A stretch of DNA of 64,000 nt from assembly GCF_009914755.1 (NCBI RefSeq), contig NC_060940.1. One strand, 5' to 3'. The translations under genes were made by a program, and so were the position numbers. Numbering within the stretch: position 1 is the stretch's first letter; every line of letters starts with the position of its first letter. The notes under the pieces were generated by a model, which had not been told where the DNA came from, ran no database searches, and saw only the letters and a list, made by a program, of their open reading frames with translations. This DNA comes from the human T2T-CHM13v2.0 reference genome, Homo sapiens. Of the stretch, positions 1 to 15,020 are shown in pieces.

Positions 1-18
1 GTAAAGAATATAGGTATT

Positions 19-310
19 GGCCAGGCACGGTGGCTCACACCTGTAATCCCAGCACTTTGGGAGGCTGAAGCGGGTGGATCATGAGGTCAGGAGTTCAAGA
101 CCAGCCTGGCCAACATATTGAAACCCCGTCTTTACTAAAAATACAAAAAATTAGCTGAGCGTGGTGGCACGCACCTGTAGTCCTGGCTACTCGGGAGGCT
201 GAGGTAGGCGAATCACTTGAACCCAGGAGATAGAGGTTGCAGTGAGCCGAGATCTCACCACTGGACTCCAGCCTGGCGACAGAGTGAGACTTCATCTCAA
301 AAAAAAAAAA
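19..310 (+). mobile_element. AluS with (TA)n tail extension
   Basis: Full dimeric Alu; ATATAGGTATT repeated on both flanks. Confidence 0.92.
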
Positions 311-724
311 ATATATATATATATATATATAGGTATTACAGATGTGTTGCCTTTATATAATCTCATCTTACTCATTTTCTATTCCGTTCAGTCTCTTAAC
401 CCTTGATGATATCCTTAAGCAGCGTATCATTTAGGTTCATTTTGATGCTTCGTAAGATGGACCTCATGGGAAATATATGGAGCCATTTTTTCCTTTGTGT
501 TGATATGTACTGTACATGTCACTTATGGATATAACCATTCTAATGGCTTTTTAGGCTGACCTCTCCAAAAGACTGCATTCAAAGATAGTCTCAGTTCATT
601 TTACTGGACAAGGAAATTAACATTTTTGACCCAAGAAGAAATGCCCTTTAGTATTTCAGTTTGCCCCCTAGTTCAGTCGGTGTGTCCTTCCTGCTGTGCC
701 AGGTTCTGTGGTAGGTTCTATACA

Positions 725-880
725 CAGTGATTTCCAAATGTGGCTGCCATCAGAGTCACTTGGGGAGCTTTTAAGAAAACACAAGCTTGGGCCGGCATCC
801 CAGAAATTCTGATTCTGGCTATTCGTAGTGGGACCAGGGATTTGCATTTTAATAAGTACTCTAAGTGATTCTAATGCCGT
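725..880. mobile_element. MER5-type hAT-Charlie MITE
   Basis: cagtgatttccaaa...tcacttggggagctt...cccagaaattctgattc...tttgcattttaataag...gtgattctaatgc pattern. Confidence 0.6.
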
Positions 881-2337
881 CTATGGGATGATCAAGCTAC
901 AATCCCTCCCAAGATTCTCTGTCTGAAAATATAGGTAAGTATAGGTTATAGATAAGTAAAAATTACTTCAGTACGGGGTAGTTCTGTAAAAGATAAATTC
1001 TTTACTTTTCTTAGTGCTTTTAACTCAAGTTTTACTCCAGAATCCCTCTCCCCCAGGTAATTTAGTTATTTCTGATTAGATATGTGCTCATTTTGTAACA
1101 TCTTGCATTTTTTTGATCCAGTTTAAATGTTAGGCACTGTGCCATGCGTATTACATGCATTATTTCATTTAATCCCCACAGTGGTACTGTGAGATAAGAA
1201 CTGTTACTATGTCTGTTTTTTAACATGTGTCAAGAGTCAGGTTAATTAGGACGTGTATCAGTAAATATTGCAGGGCTGGGACTTTCACCTAGTCTGACAA
1301 CAGAGTGTGTACTGTGCTATGGTGGCTTCTGGTATTGTGTGTAAAATCTGTAAGCTCAGTTTTATTGTCTTAAAGCAGTGGTCCTTGGAAAGTGGGCCAC
1401 GTAAAGCTTTTTTTGAATGGATGAAACAAAAAATTGTCTAAAGTGTAATTGATTAGCTTTCACCCAGTCTTTTGCCTGCAGTCCATCACTTCTCTGTAAA
1501 AAAAAAATACCATGAATGACAGCCATTTCCAGTTTAAAACCTATAGGTTTTCAGTGCCAGATAAATCTGAAAGATCATCTACTTTGTTCATTTATGTGCC
1601 CTGTCTGTGGCTGTAGCCCTCAAGAGTACTCTGTGTAGTCATCTCAGAAAGTATTTAGAGGTAACAGCTCTTGATTTTTCCTTGTACGTTTCATAGGCTT
1701 GCCTTTATAAAATGCCTTCCAGCTTCTTCCACCTGATTAACCTCTTCTTTACACTTGGTTTTCACAGATGGTCCTTTTTATTTAAAAAAAAAAAGTCTGG
1801 CTTTAAAGTATTTACAGTTTTTTTAAAAGCCTCATTTTCTTCTCTGACAAATTTTATAGTTGACATTTTCTGGGTCATTTAAGGAAAATTGCTCTTTTGG
1901 AAGAAACTGACTCAAAACACACTTTAGTTCAATTTGGAAAAAAACTTAATTTTTGTCTTCTTACCTTCGTATTTAGTCAGTTTTTGTTTTTTGTTTTTGT
2001 TTTTGTTTTTGTTTTCCCAAAGACAGGGTCTAGCTCTGTCACATAGGCTGGAATGCAATGACACCATTAGGGCTCACTGCAGCCTCGACCTCCCAGGCTC
2101 AAGTGATCTTCCCACCTCAACCTCCTGAGTATCTGGGACCACAGGTGTGCACTACCATGCCCAGCTAATTTCTTAATTTTTTCTGTAGAAATGGGGTCTT
2201 GCTCCCAACTCAGCCTCCCAAAGTGCTGGGATTACAGGCATGAGCCACCATGCCCATCCTATCAGATTTAGTCAGATTTTAAAAAAAAATCTGCGTGTAT
2301 TGGATATCATCCAATCACCTTAAAATTGTACTAAATG

Positions 2338-2710
<373 letters not shown>

Positions 2711-3615
2711 TTAAGATCCAACAAACCTCTTTTTAACTTCTTTCCTCACAGGCACCCCCAAGATGTTTTCTTCTTAATTATTCCTAAATACTTTTATGTG
2801 TTGGCATTAAATTGTAACTTTATAGGCTCCCCTATTCTTTTTGCTTTTTTTTCCCCCTGAAATTACTGAGCAACAAGATTCCTGTTCTCTCCCCTTCAAG
2901 GCTTTGTTTTCTGGAACTTGACATTCTCAAATCATTGCCAGTTATTTTTAGTACGTGATTAGTCTCCCTTCCTCAGGTATGTTTTCCCCAATTTGGATTG
3001 AATCTACTGTTTGCATCTTGTTTCCCATCCCACCTTCATACAGATTGTATGGAAAGGCTGTGGGGTATTAGAGCAGCCAGTGGAGTTCCCCTCTGCTGTG
3101 GCAATGTTGACACCACAGATCATAGTCCTAGGACCCTTACCACTGTGAGGAAGGAGTTTGGAGTTAGCACTTCCCCAGGGGATGACACATTTCCCCAGAA
3201 GAGGTCCCATGTCTCTAATCCTGGACTACTCCCTTCTACCATCCCCAAAGTGTTAGTTGGGTTAGCCACAAGTTTTTATAGCATAGTGGTCAAGAAATTA
3301 TGATAATACAGAGTATGAATTTCTGTACAGCCTTTAAATGCATGAGGTAGTTACATATATACTGATATAGAAGGTTGTGGTATTAAAAAGAGCAAATCAT
3401 AGAGCAGTATTTATGGCTTCATTCTAGTTAGATTTAAAGAAAAAGCGGCTGGGCGCGGCGGTTGATGCCTGTAATCCCAGCACTTTGGTAGGCCGAGGCG
3501 GGCGGATCACGAAGTCAAGAGTTTGAGACCAGCCTGACCAACATGGTGAAGATCTGTCTCTACTAAAAATACAAAATTAGCCAGGCATGGTGGCGTGCGC
3601 CTGTAATCCCAGCTA

Positions 3616-3790
<175 letters not shown>

Positions 3791-4114
3791 TTAAGAGGTT
3801 AGTTATCTCTGGGAAAGGCATGGGCTAGGTAGAGCAGAAGAGGAACTTTCACATTCCATAGGCCTGTGCAGCATTTAGGTTTTAGAAATGAATGTGTATA
3901 TTTTAAGGTTTCTAGATAAAGATTTTTTTTTAATAAAATACAATTTCAAGTAAATATTCCAGTGGCACAATCATCTGACCTACTGGCCCAGAGCCAGACC
4001 TGTCCAAAAACCTTGAATTGTTTACCTCTTTTCACCTGAAATATTCTAACAGCGCCTTATCAGTGAAATTTCTTTTTTTTTTTTCCCACTCCAAACCTCA
4101 GTTTACTCATTTTG

Positions 4115-6309
4115 TTTTTTTTGTTTGTTTTTTTTTTTCTTTTTCTTTTTTTTTTTTTTTATTGATCATTCTTGGGTGTTTCTCGCAGAGGGGGATTTGG
4201 CAGGGTCACAGGACAATAGTGGAGGGAAGGTCAGCAGATAAGTGAACAAAGGTCTCTGGTTTTCCTAGGCAGAGGACCCTGCGGCCTTCCACAGTGTTTG
4301 TGTCCCTGGGTACTTGAGATTAGGGAGTGGTGATGACTCTTAACGAGCATGCTGCCTTCAAGCATCTGTTTAACAAAGCACATCTTGCACCACCCTTAAT
4401 CCATTCAACCCTGAGTGGACACAGCACATGTTTCAGAGAGCACAGGGTTGGGGGTAAGGTCACAGATCAACAGGATCCCAAGGCAGAAGAATTTTTCTTA
4501 GTACAGAACAAAATGAAAAGTCTCCCATGTCTACCTCTTTCTACACAGACATGGCAACCATCCGATTTCTCAATCTTTTCCCCACCTTTCCCCCCTTTCT
4601 ATTCCACAAAACCGCCATTGTCATCATAGCCCATTCTCAATGAGCTGTTGAGTACATCTCCCAGACGGGGTGGTGGCCGGGCAGAGGGGCTCCTCACTTC
4701 CCAGTAGGGGCGGCAGGGCAGAGGCGCCCCTCACCTCCCAGACGGGGTGGCTGGCCGGGCGGGGGGCTGACCTCCCTGCCTCCCTCCCGGATGGGGCGGC
4801 TGGCCGGGCAGAGGGGCTCCTCTCTTCCCAGTAGGGGCGGCCGGGCAGAGGCGCCCCTCACCTCCCGGACGGGGCGGCTGGCCGGGCGGGGGGCTGACCC
4901 CCCGCCTCCCTCGTGGAAGGGGCGGCTGGCCAGGCGGGGGACTGACCCCCCCACCTCCCTCCCGGACGGGGCGGCTGGCCGGGCAGAGGGGCTCCTCTCT
5001 TCCCAGTAGGGGCGGCCGGGCAGAGGCGCCCCTCACCTCCCGGATGGGGCGGCTGGCCGGGCTGGGGGCTGGCCCCCCCACATCCTTCCCGGACGGGGCG
5101 GCTGGCTGGGCAGAGGCGCCCCTCACCTCCCGGACGGGGCGGCTGGCCGGGCAGAGGGGCTCCTCACTTCCCAGTAGGGGCGGCCAGGCAGAGGCGCCCC
5201 TCACCTCCCAGACGGGGCGGCTGGCCGGGGGGGGGGGCTGACCCCCCCACCTCCCTCCCGGACGGGCGGCTGGCCGGGCGGGGGGCTGACCCCCCCACCT
5301 CCCTCCCGGATGGGCGGCTGGCCGGGCGGGGGGCTGACCCCCACCTCCCTCCCAGACGGGGTGGCTGCCGGGCGGAGACGCTCCTCACTTCCCAGGCGGA
5401 GTGGCTGCCGGGCGGAGGGGCTCCTCACTTCTCAGACGGTGTGGCTGCCAGGTGGAGGGGCTCCTCACTTCTCAGACGGTGTGGCTGCCAGGTGGAGGGG
5501 CTCCTCACTTCTCAGACGGTGTGGCTGCCGGGCGGAGGGGCTCCTCACTTCTCAGACGGTGTGGCTGCCAGGTGGAGGGGCTCCTCACTTCTCAGACGGG
5601 GCGGTTGCCAGGCAGAGGGTCTCCTCACTTCTCAGACGGGGCGGCCGGGCAGAGACGCTCCTCACATCCCAGATGGGGCGGCAGGGCAGAGGCACTCCCC
5701 ACATCTCAGACGATGGGCGGCCTGGCAGAGACGCTCCTCACTTCCTAGATGGGATGGCGGCCGGGCAGAGACGCTCCTCACTTTCCAGACTGGGCAGCCA
5801 GGCAGAGAGGCTCCTCACATCCCAGACGATGGGCGGCCAGGCAGAGACACTCCTCACTTCCCAGACCGGGTGGCGGCCGGGCAGAGGCTGCAATCTCGGC
5901 ACTTTGGGGGGCCAAGGCAGGCAGCTGGGGAGGTGGAGGTTGTATCGAGCCGAGATCACGCCACTGCACTCCAGCCTGGGCACCATTGAGCACTGAGTGA
6001 ACGCGCCTCCGTCTGCCATCCCGGCACCTCGGGAGGCCAAGGCTGGCGGATCACTCGCGGTTAGGAGCTGGAGACCAGCCCGGCCAACACAGCGAAACCC
6101 CGTCTCCACCAAAAAAATACGAAAACCAGTCAGGCGTGGCGGTGCGCGCCTGCAATCGCAGGCACTCGGCAGGCTGAGGCAGGAGAATCAGGCAGGGAGT
6201 TTGCAGTGAGCCGAGATGGCAGCAGTACAGTCCAGCTTTGGCTTGGCATCAGGGGGAGACCGTGGAAAGAGAGAGAGAGGGAGAGGGAGAGGAGGGAGAG
6301 GGAGAGGAG
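4115..6309 (-). mobile_element. Full-length SVA retrotransposon (SVA_D-like), antisense to RSPRY1
   Basis: Poly(A) 4115-4160, AATAAA 4158-4163, SINE-R about 4160-4660, GC-rich VNTR about 4660-5880, Alu-like about 5880-6265, degenerate (CCCTCT)n 6270-6309. TSD CAGTTTACTCATTTTG at 4099-4114 and 6310-6325. Confidence 0.96.
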
Positions 6310-6355
6310 CAGTTTACTCATTTTGAAATAGGAATATTAAAGCTTATCTCAGAGG

Positions 6356-6490
6356 GGCCGAGCAGGATAGCTCACACCCGTAATCCCAATACTTGGGAGG
6401 CCAAGATGAGAGGATTATTTGAGGCTAGGAGTTCAAAACCAGTCTGGGGAACATAGCAAGACCCCATCTCTAAAAAAATAAAAAATAAAA
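6356..6490 (+). mobile_element. FLAM / Alu monomer
   Basis: Single Alu left arm with A-tail; degenerate TSD (14/16) at 6340-6355 and 6491-6506. Confidence 0.85.
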
Positions 6491-6539
6491 AATCTTGTCT
6501 CAGAGGGAAACTATGAACACCAAATAAAGTAAGTGCAAT

Positions 6540-6632
6540 TGTTACGGGGGGTGGGTGGCGGGGGTCCTTGTTCTTAGAACTCCCAAGATGGTGGCAGGCC
6601 ACTTCCAAGATGGCGGCAAGCCTCTTGTTCTC
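6540..6632 (-). mobile_element. ERV1 LTR U5 3'-end fragment (LTR9/LTR17-like)
   Basis: Minus strand reads GAGGCTTGCCGCCATCTTGGAAG...CCACCATCTTGGGAG...CAAGGACCCCC...GTAACA, resembling the HERV-W/LTR9-type U5 end. No PBS follows. Confidence 0.7.
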
Positions 6633-7196
6633 TATCAGTGAAATTTCTGTGAGAGGACCCAGAGCATAGCTTCTTAAATGTTGCTTTTTCATCTTTCTCA
6701 GAAACCAGCATAATTTATAAGATCTGTAGAAATTCATTTCAGGGACCCTTTAAAGAATTATTCCTATTTCTGATTTCTGTTTCCTCTATTCTCTTAAGCA
6801 TTGAAATCTCTTAGTTATCTACCCTCTAAAGCGAATCATACTCTGATCCCCACAGTAATGGCAATGTTGTTACTTCGACTCTGCTGGTTTAGAATGTGTT
6901 CTTTTAAAAAGCTATTTCCAGCTGGTCCTTGCATCATACTCCTACCTATATACTTCAGTCACATCCTTTTCAGTACAACCTCCAAATTTTGAAGACAGCC
7001 CGAGTGGTTTGGGGGAACCAAGAACATCTGTGGTATCACTTGGCCCAGCCATTGCTGTCTTAATAGTGAAAACGTCTGTTGCCTCTCATTTCCTTTATCC
7101 TTTTCTTTCTCCTGTCTTGTTCCATCCCATTCCATTCTTTTCTCTCCCTTCCCTTTGCCTCCTCCCTCTTTATATATATTTTATTACATATGATTA

Positions 7197-7702
<506 letters not shown>

Positions 7703-8967
7703 TCAAGGTATGAGGAATTAATTGTAACTAGCCAGATGTTGTGTAGAGACTACACACTAGCATAGTCTATTCCTTATGTGGCCTGTTCTCCAGCTGTCAG
7801 CCTGTTTTGTTTGTTTGTTTGTTTTTTTACTTTTTGCTACCAGCCCATGTAAGTCTCCTATTTCTAAATCTTTACTTCCTTCCAGAATCTAACCAGATTT
7901 TACCAGCTTCTTGAAGAGCTGGTTCTTTCATTAGGTTTTTAATGATAAACATACTTTGTGGGATGAGAATGGCCATCCATGAATTCCTGGAGGGCAGGAA
8001 CTATTCCTTACTCATCTTTATTCTCCTAGTCCAGCGTGGTACCTGGCACAAGGTCCTTAGTCAGTATTTTCAGGCAAAGATAAATTGGTGCATCTTATTC
8101 TGAACTTTGTAATAGACATGTGCAACAAACTGATCATTGTGAAAATACAACTTTTGTGATATCAGTTTTCCTTTCCCAAAACAAAGCCTTGCTTACATAA
8201 CAGAAACACTTTGCAACAACTTGTATGAATTCTGTCAGTTCTTGAGTGAGCTTCCAATGGGAAACTCTATCCTTTTATTCTCCTTGATATCAAATGGTGC
8301 TATCATATTTGTATCATAACTTTTTTTTAACAACAAACGTCTGTAATTATTTTATTTAAAACTTGTTAAATTATCCTATGGGTTTAAAGAAAGGAGTTAA
8401 TTCATTTTTTTAAAGATTTTTCTCTTTTTAACACCTACCTCTTACACAGAAAGACAACTCTTTTTTTATGATAAAAGGAGCCCTTGAAAAAAAATGCATA
8501 CATCCTTCTAATGTATTTCTATATAGACAGGAAAAACTATACATGTGGTTTTAAAAAAATCAATGATAACTCCTCTGGTCTATAAGAATATGGTTTGGCA
8601 ATCAACTTTGTAACAGAATGATAAAAAGAAATTATTGATTGATTGCGAATTCTGTTATCCAAAGCTATCTCTTTGTATTGGAAACCTATAAAAATAACCA
8701 AAGATAATTCTTCATTAGAATCCTAATATCTATAAAATCAGACTAGGAAAATTTGAGTAATTAAGTGGTCAAGAATCTTTTATTCATTTTCCTTTTTCTC
8801 ATTTTCTTTTAGAACTGCCATTGGATGTCCAGAATCCCCTGTAGTTGATAATGTTGGGAATAAGCTCTGCAACTTTCTTTGGCATTCAGTTGTTAAAAAC
8901 AAATAGGATGCAAATTCCTCAACTCCAGGTTATGAAAACAGTACTTGGAAAACTGAAAACTACCTAA

Positions 8968-9318
<351 letters not shown>

Positions 9319-10847
9319 TAAGTATCTGACTCACGGTCACCTCCAGTGGAATGAAAAGTGTTCTGCCTGGAACCATAACTTTAGGACTCCTTCAGTTCCT
9401 TTAGGACATACTCGCCAAGCCTTGTGCTCACAGGGCAAAGGAGAATATTTTAATGCTCCGCTGATGGCAGAGTAAATGATAAGATTTGATGTTTTTGCTT
9501 GCTGTCATCTACTTTGTCTGGAAATGTCTAAATGTTTCTGTAGCAGAAAACACGATAAAGCTATGATCTTTATTAGAGAATAGAGTAAATATGGAGTGAG
9601 TTTATGTTGCTAGCTACAATAGGAAATGGTTTCATGAAGGCTCACTGTTAATGGTACATGCCTGTCTATTCCACTGACCTCAGATTCAAGGTGAGTTGTT
9701 TTACCAAGAACATGGCTACAGGCAACTTCTCTTGGCAACATAAGGACTAAGGTCAAGGAGAGTTTTCATTATCCTTTATTTGATCCTTTATCCCTTATTT
9801 GACTATCTTTAATCCATTTAGGAAGCTTGTCAGTTGATACTGCAAGGCACACCTGTACCTGTTTTGTCTTTTCCTCTGCTTTGTCTACCTCTAAATACAA
9901 AATCATAGATTGAATAACAGTGAAATTAAAGGGCATCCAAGTAGAAAAAAACATTTAACTTAAGGTTGTATATTTCAGTAGTTAAGAGCACAAAGCTTAG
10001 AACCATGATGGGCCTAGCTCAAGTTCTGGCCCAGTGCCTTACTAACTGCATGACATTGGGTAAGTTACTTCTTGAAGCCTCAGATTCCTCATCTGTAAAT
10101 GGGGGGATAATACTGTTCCCACAAGGATTATCATGAGATAATGTACATAAGGCATTCAGTGTGGAGCTTTGTACTTAACAGTTGCTCAGTAGATGGTAGT
10201 ATTTTTTAAAAAGTTACTTATGTGTTCTTTTTGCTTCAGGCCCTGCTAGTAAATTTAAGTATATAAACATTTGATAATCGCATTTATAGAAACCCAGTTT
10301 CGTTTAGTTCCTCAAAAATTAAGCATAAAACAGAGTGTACCTGTGAATACAAACGAATTTTTAGAGCTGTATTAAACTTTTCCATAAAATACTGGAGCAT
10401 TTGTTAGTCTTCGAGAAGAATAATTTTTTGGCCAGACACAATGGCTCATACCTGTAATTCCAACACTTTTGAGAGGCTGAGGTAGAAAGATAGCTGGAGG
10501 CCAGGAGTTCAAGACCAGCCTAGGCAACATAGGGAGATCCCATCTCTGCAAAAAAAATTTAAAAATTATCCAGGTACAGTGGCACTTGCCTGTGATCCCA
10601 GCTACTCAGGATTCTAAGACCGGAGTACTGCTAGAGTCCAGGAGTTTCCAGCTGCAGTGAGCTATGATCACACCACTGCACTCCAGCCTGGGCAATAGAG
10701 CAAGACCCTGTCTCAAAAATTAATTAATCAAAAAAAATTTTTTAAATCCCTTGTACCAAATTGTAATAAAAGTTATCCTTCCCAAATAAGGAAGTAAACC
10801 ACAAACAATGTTAATTTAAGCTCATTGGAAAAATGGGTGCAGAATAG

Positions 10848-11042
<195 letters not shown>

Positions 11043-12367
11043 TAAAAAAGTTTTTGTAGAGCCAGGTCTTGCCATGTTGCCCAGGCTGGTCTCAAATACC
11101 TGGACTCAAGCGATTGTCGAGCTTCAGCCTCCTTAAGTGCTGGGATTGCAGATGTGAGCCCCCACGCTTGGCCCCTTGCAATATTTTAAAAGAGAGTGAC
11201 ATAGTTATACAAACCTCTTTGTTTTTAACTTTTCTCAACATCGAAATCTGTGTTACTGTATATAAATCTACAACTGCTTCTGACTATTACAGAGTATTCC
11301 CTTGTATGCCTGAAAGTATTATATTTTGTTACATTTTCATCTGGTGATGGTCACTTAGGTTACTGCCAAATTTTTGTTCTTACAAACAGCACTGCAGTGA
11401 ACAGCGCAAATATGCATTGATTTTTGGACCTGTGTAAAAATTTATCTACAACTGTTGGGTATATGCATACTTAATTTTATTATTGCCAGATCATTCTTCA
11501 GAAATACTTGCATCAGTCAATTATATTGTTTAAACAGGCAGCACCTAATGAGTACCTGAAATGACCATACTAATTCCCATATCACAAGGTTATTCTCTGG
11601 ATTAAATGACTTAAGATGATAGTTTTTGGGGCTTTTTTTTTTTCCACACTAAAACAGAGACCCACAATATGTAAACAAATAAGTGGTGAGTTCTTAAGCA
11701 GTTAGAATTGTTTAATGGAAAACATCTCATTATTGAAGTTCCCCTGAAGGACTTTTTAAAGATTTCTGGGATCACACCACTGAATTAAGGTGTATAATGC
11801 CACTTTGGAGCAATGTCTAGAATGTTAAGTAGTTCCTTAAGTTTGGTTTTGTTTCTTGTAATACCATTTTATGAAGTCTAAGCATGTAGTGGTATTTCCA
11901 GAAGAAAACTTCAAAATGAAGATGCGTATATAGGCCCTTGCTTCCATAAGTCCTCAACCGGGATTGTCGTCTCTCTTCCTGGCATTTCTCTGAGGTAAGT
12001 ATGAAGGTGATGTTGACCTTCCTGGCTTGTCTCAGTTGGCACTGGGCCTCTGAGTGTAAAGCTGAGAGTAGGCTGTGATCTCCAGTTTTACTCCTGTGCT
12101 TTTACCCCAGGACACATAGTAGTCTTTGTCTGTATCCACCTGCCCATTTTGTCTGTGGGTCATTGTGGACAGTGACTGGAAATGAGCACATATGGTATAC
12201 CATTCATCCTTACAGGTCATAGCTCAGGTTGTCTCTTCTATCTCTTTCCTTACATTTGTGTTCATTTCTTCTGTCCCTTTTTACCTCCACACCTCCAGTT
12301 TGAATTCTTATTTGGAATTGTCATTTATTATTTCCTCAGGTTTAATGCCTTGAATTTTTTTTTCCAG

Positions 12368-12420
12368 TGATCAGGAACCTCCCTATTCAATGATAACATT
12401 ACACGAAATGGCAGAAACAG
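12368..12420 (+). CDS. RSPRY1: RSPRY1 exon 3
   Basis: tttccag|T...ACAG|gtattt; 53 nt; encodes DQEPPYSMITLHEMAET in frame. Confidence 0.95.
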
Positions 12421-12689
12421 GTATTTTTAGTTTTGTTTTCATTACTTTATAATGAATATATAATAATGAAGAAAAGTAGCCACCTTTTGTTTTTTGTTTT
12501 GTTTTGTTTTGAGATAAAAGACTCCAAAAATACAGCATACATAACAATGAAAAAAGCCCTTACTGTATGGAAATTTCCCTGAATAGGTATAATAGGCAAT
12601 GCATATTATACCTTTTTTTTTTTTTTTTTTTTTTTTGGCATTGATGGATCTTTCACCATACTGTTCTGGAATGGAGAGGAGATTATTTA

Positions 12690-12723
<34 letters not shown>

Positions 12724-12893
12724 TTGAGACAGAGTCTCACTCTGTTGCCCAGGCTGGAGTGCAGTGGCACGATCACAGCTCAACTACAGCCTCAACCTAC
12801 CCTGGCCCAGGTGATCACCCCACCTCAGCTTCTCAAGTAGCTAGCACCACAGGCGCATGCCACAATACCCAGCAATTTTTCTGTTGTTTGTAG

Positions 12894-13028
<135 letters not shown>

Positions 13029-13314
13029 TAGTTTCCTAAGTATCATTCTGAAAACAAAGCCAACTGCTGAGTATACTTCATTTTCTCAGTTAACTCCTAT
13101 GTAGTAAATAAGATGCTTAAAACTATTTTAATGTGAGAGCACAAGACCATAGCTTAACCTTTTTCCAAATAAAGGTACCCACAAATCACCAGACTCCTGT
13201 AACTTAAGATGTTTTTACTCCACCACGATGACTAGCAATTGATGATTATGTCCATGCCAAATATTAGCTGCTAAAAATCTATAGACCAAAAGTCTTTCTT
13301 TTAATGTGAATTGA

Positions 13315-13503
<189 letters not shown>

Positions 13504-13692
13504 TAATACTTATCTTTTATGAAACTATCATTTGTGCTTAAGCACAAGATAAATGACCACAAAGAACATTTGATGTATTGTGTTTCATCTTTATACATTT
13601 GGGGTCTGTTTTATTCAGTATTGATTTTGTTATGTAAATTTATTTTGTATTATGAAGAATTATGTCCTCTTTTTTTTTCTTTTCCTCTTTGA

Positions 13693-14040
<348 letters not shown>

Positions 14041-14316
14041 TAGAGCAATCACAGCTCACTGCAGCTGCAACCTCCCTAGGCTCAGGTGATCCTCCCACCT
14101 CAGCCTCCCATGTAGCTGGGACCATAGGTGCATGACCCCATGTCTGGCTAATTTTGTATTTTTTTTTAGAGATGGGGTTTCATCATGTTGCCCAGGCTGG
14201 TCTTGAAACTCCTGGGCTCAAGCAGTCAGCCCACCTCAGCCTCCTGAAGTGCTGGCATTGTAGGCGTTAGCCACTGTGCCCCGCCACATTCTCTATCAAG
14301 GCTTTATTTAATTGCT

Positions 14317-14420
14317 TTTTTTTCTTCTTTCTTTCTTTCCCTCCCTCCCTCCCTCCCTTCCTCCCTTCCTCCCTTCCTTCCTTCCTTCCTTCCCTTTCCT
14401 TCTTGCCTCCCTTCCTTCCC
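14317..14420. repeat. (TTCC/CCCT)n polypyrimidine microsatellite
   Basis: About 100 nt of almost pure C/T at the tail of an antisense Alu. Confidence 0.85.
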
Positions 14421-14438
14421 CGGCCCCGCCTAGGCTAG

Positions 14439-14711
<273 letters not shown>

Positions 14712-14870
14712 TAAAAATAGAAGCATTTAAGGCTGGGCGCGGTGGTTCACGCCTGTAATCCTAGCACTTTGGGAGGCTGAGGTGGGTGGATCACCTGAGG
14801 TCAGGAGTTCGAGACCAGCCTGAACAGCATGGTGAAACCCCGTCTCTACTAAAATACCCCGTCTCTACTA

Positions 14871-15020
<150 letters not shown>

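Noticed and set aside
4158-4163. SVA poly(A) signal as a cause of premature RSPRY1 termination
   Set aside because: It is on the minus strand, antisense to RSPRY1.
5401-5620. Regular 40-nt repeat resembling a CRISPR array
   Set aside because: No unique spacers, no cas genes, human context; it is the SVA VNTR.
4327-6321. Many overlapping ORFs up to 228 aa
   Set aside because: They come from the GC-rich SVA VNTR and Alu-like region, which is poor in stops in all frames. No recognisable domain.
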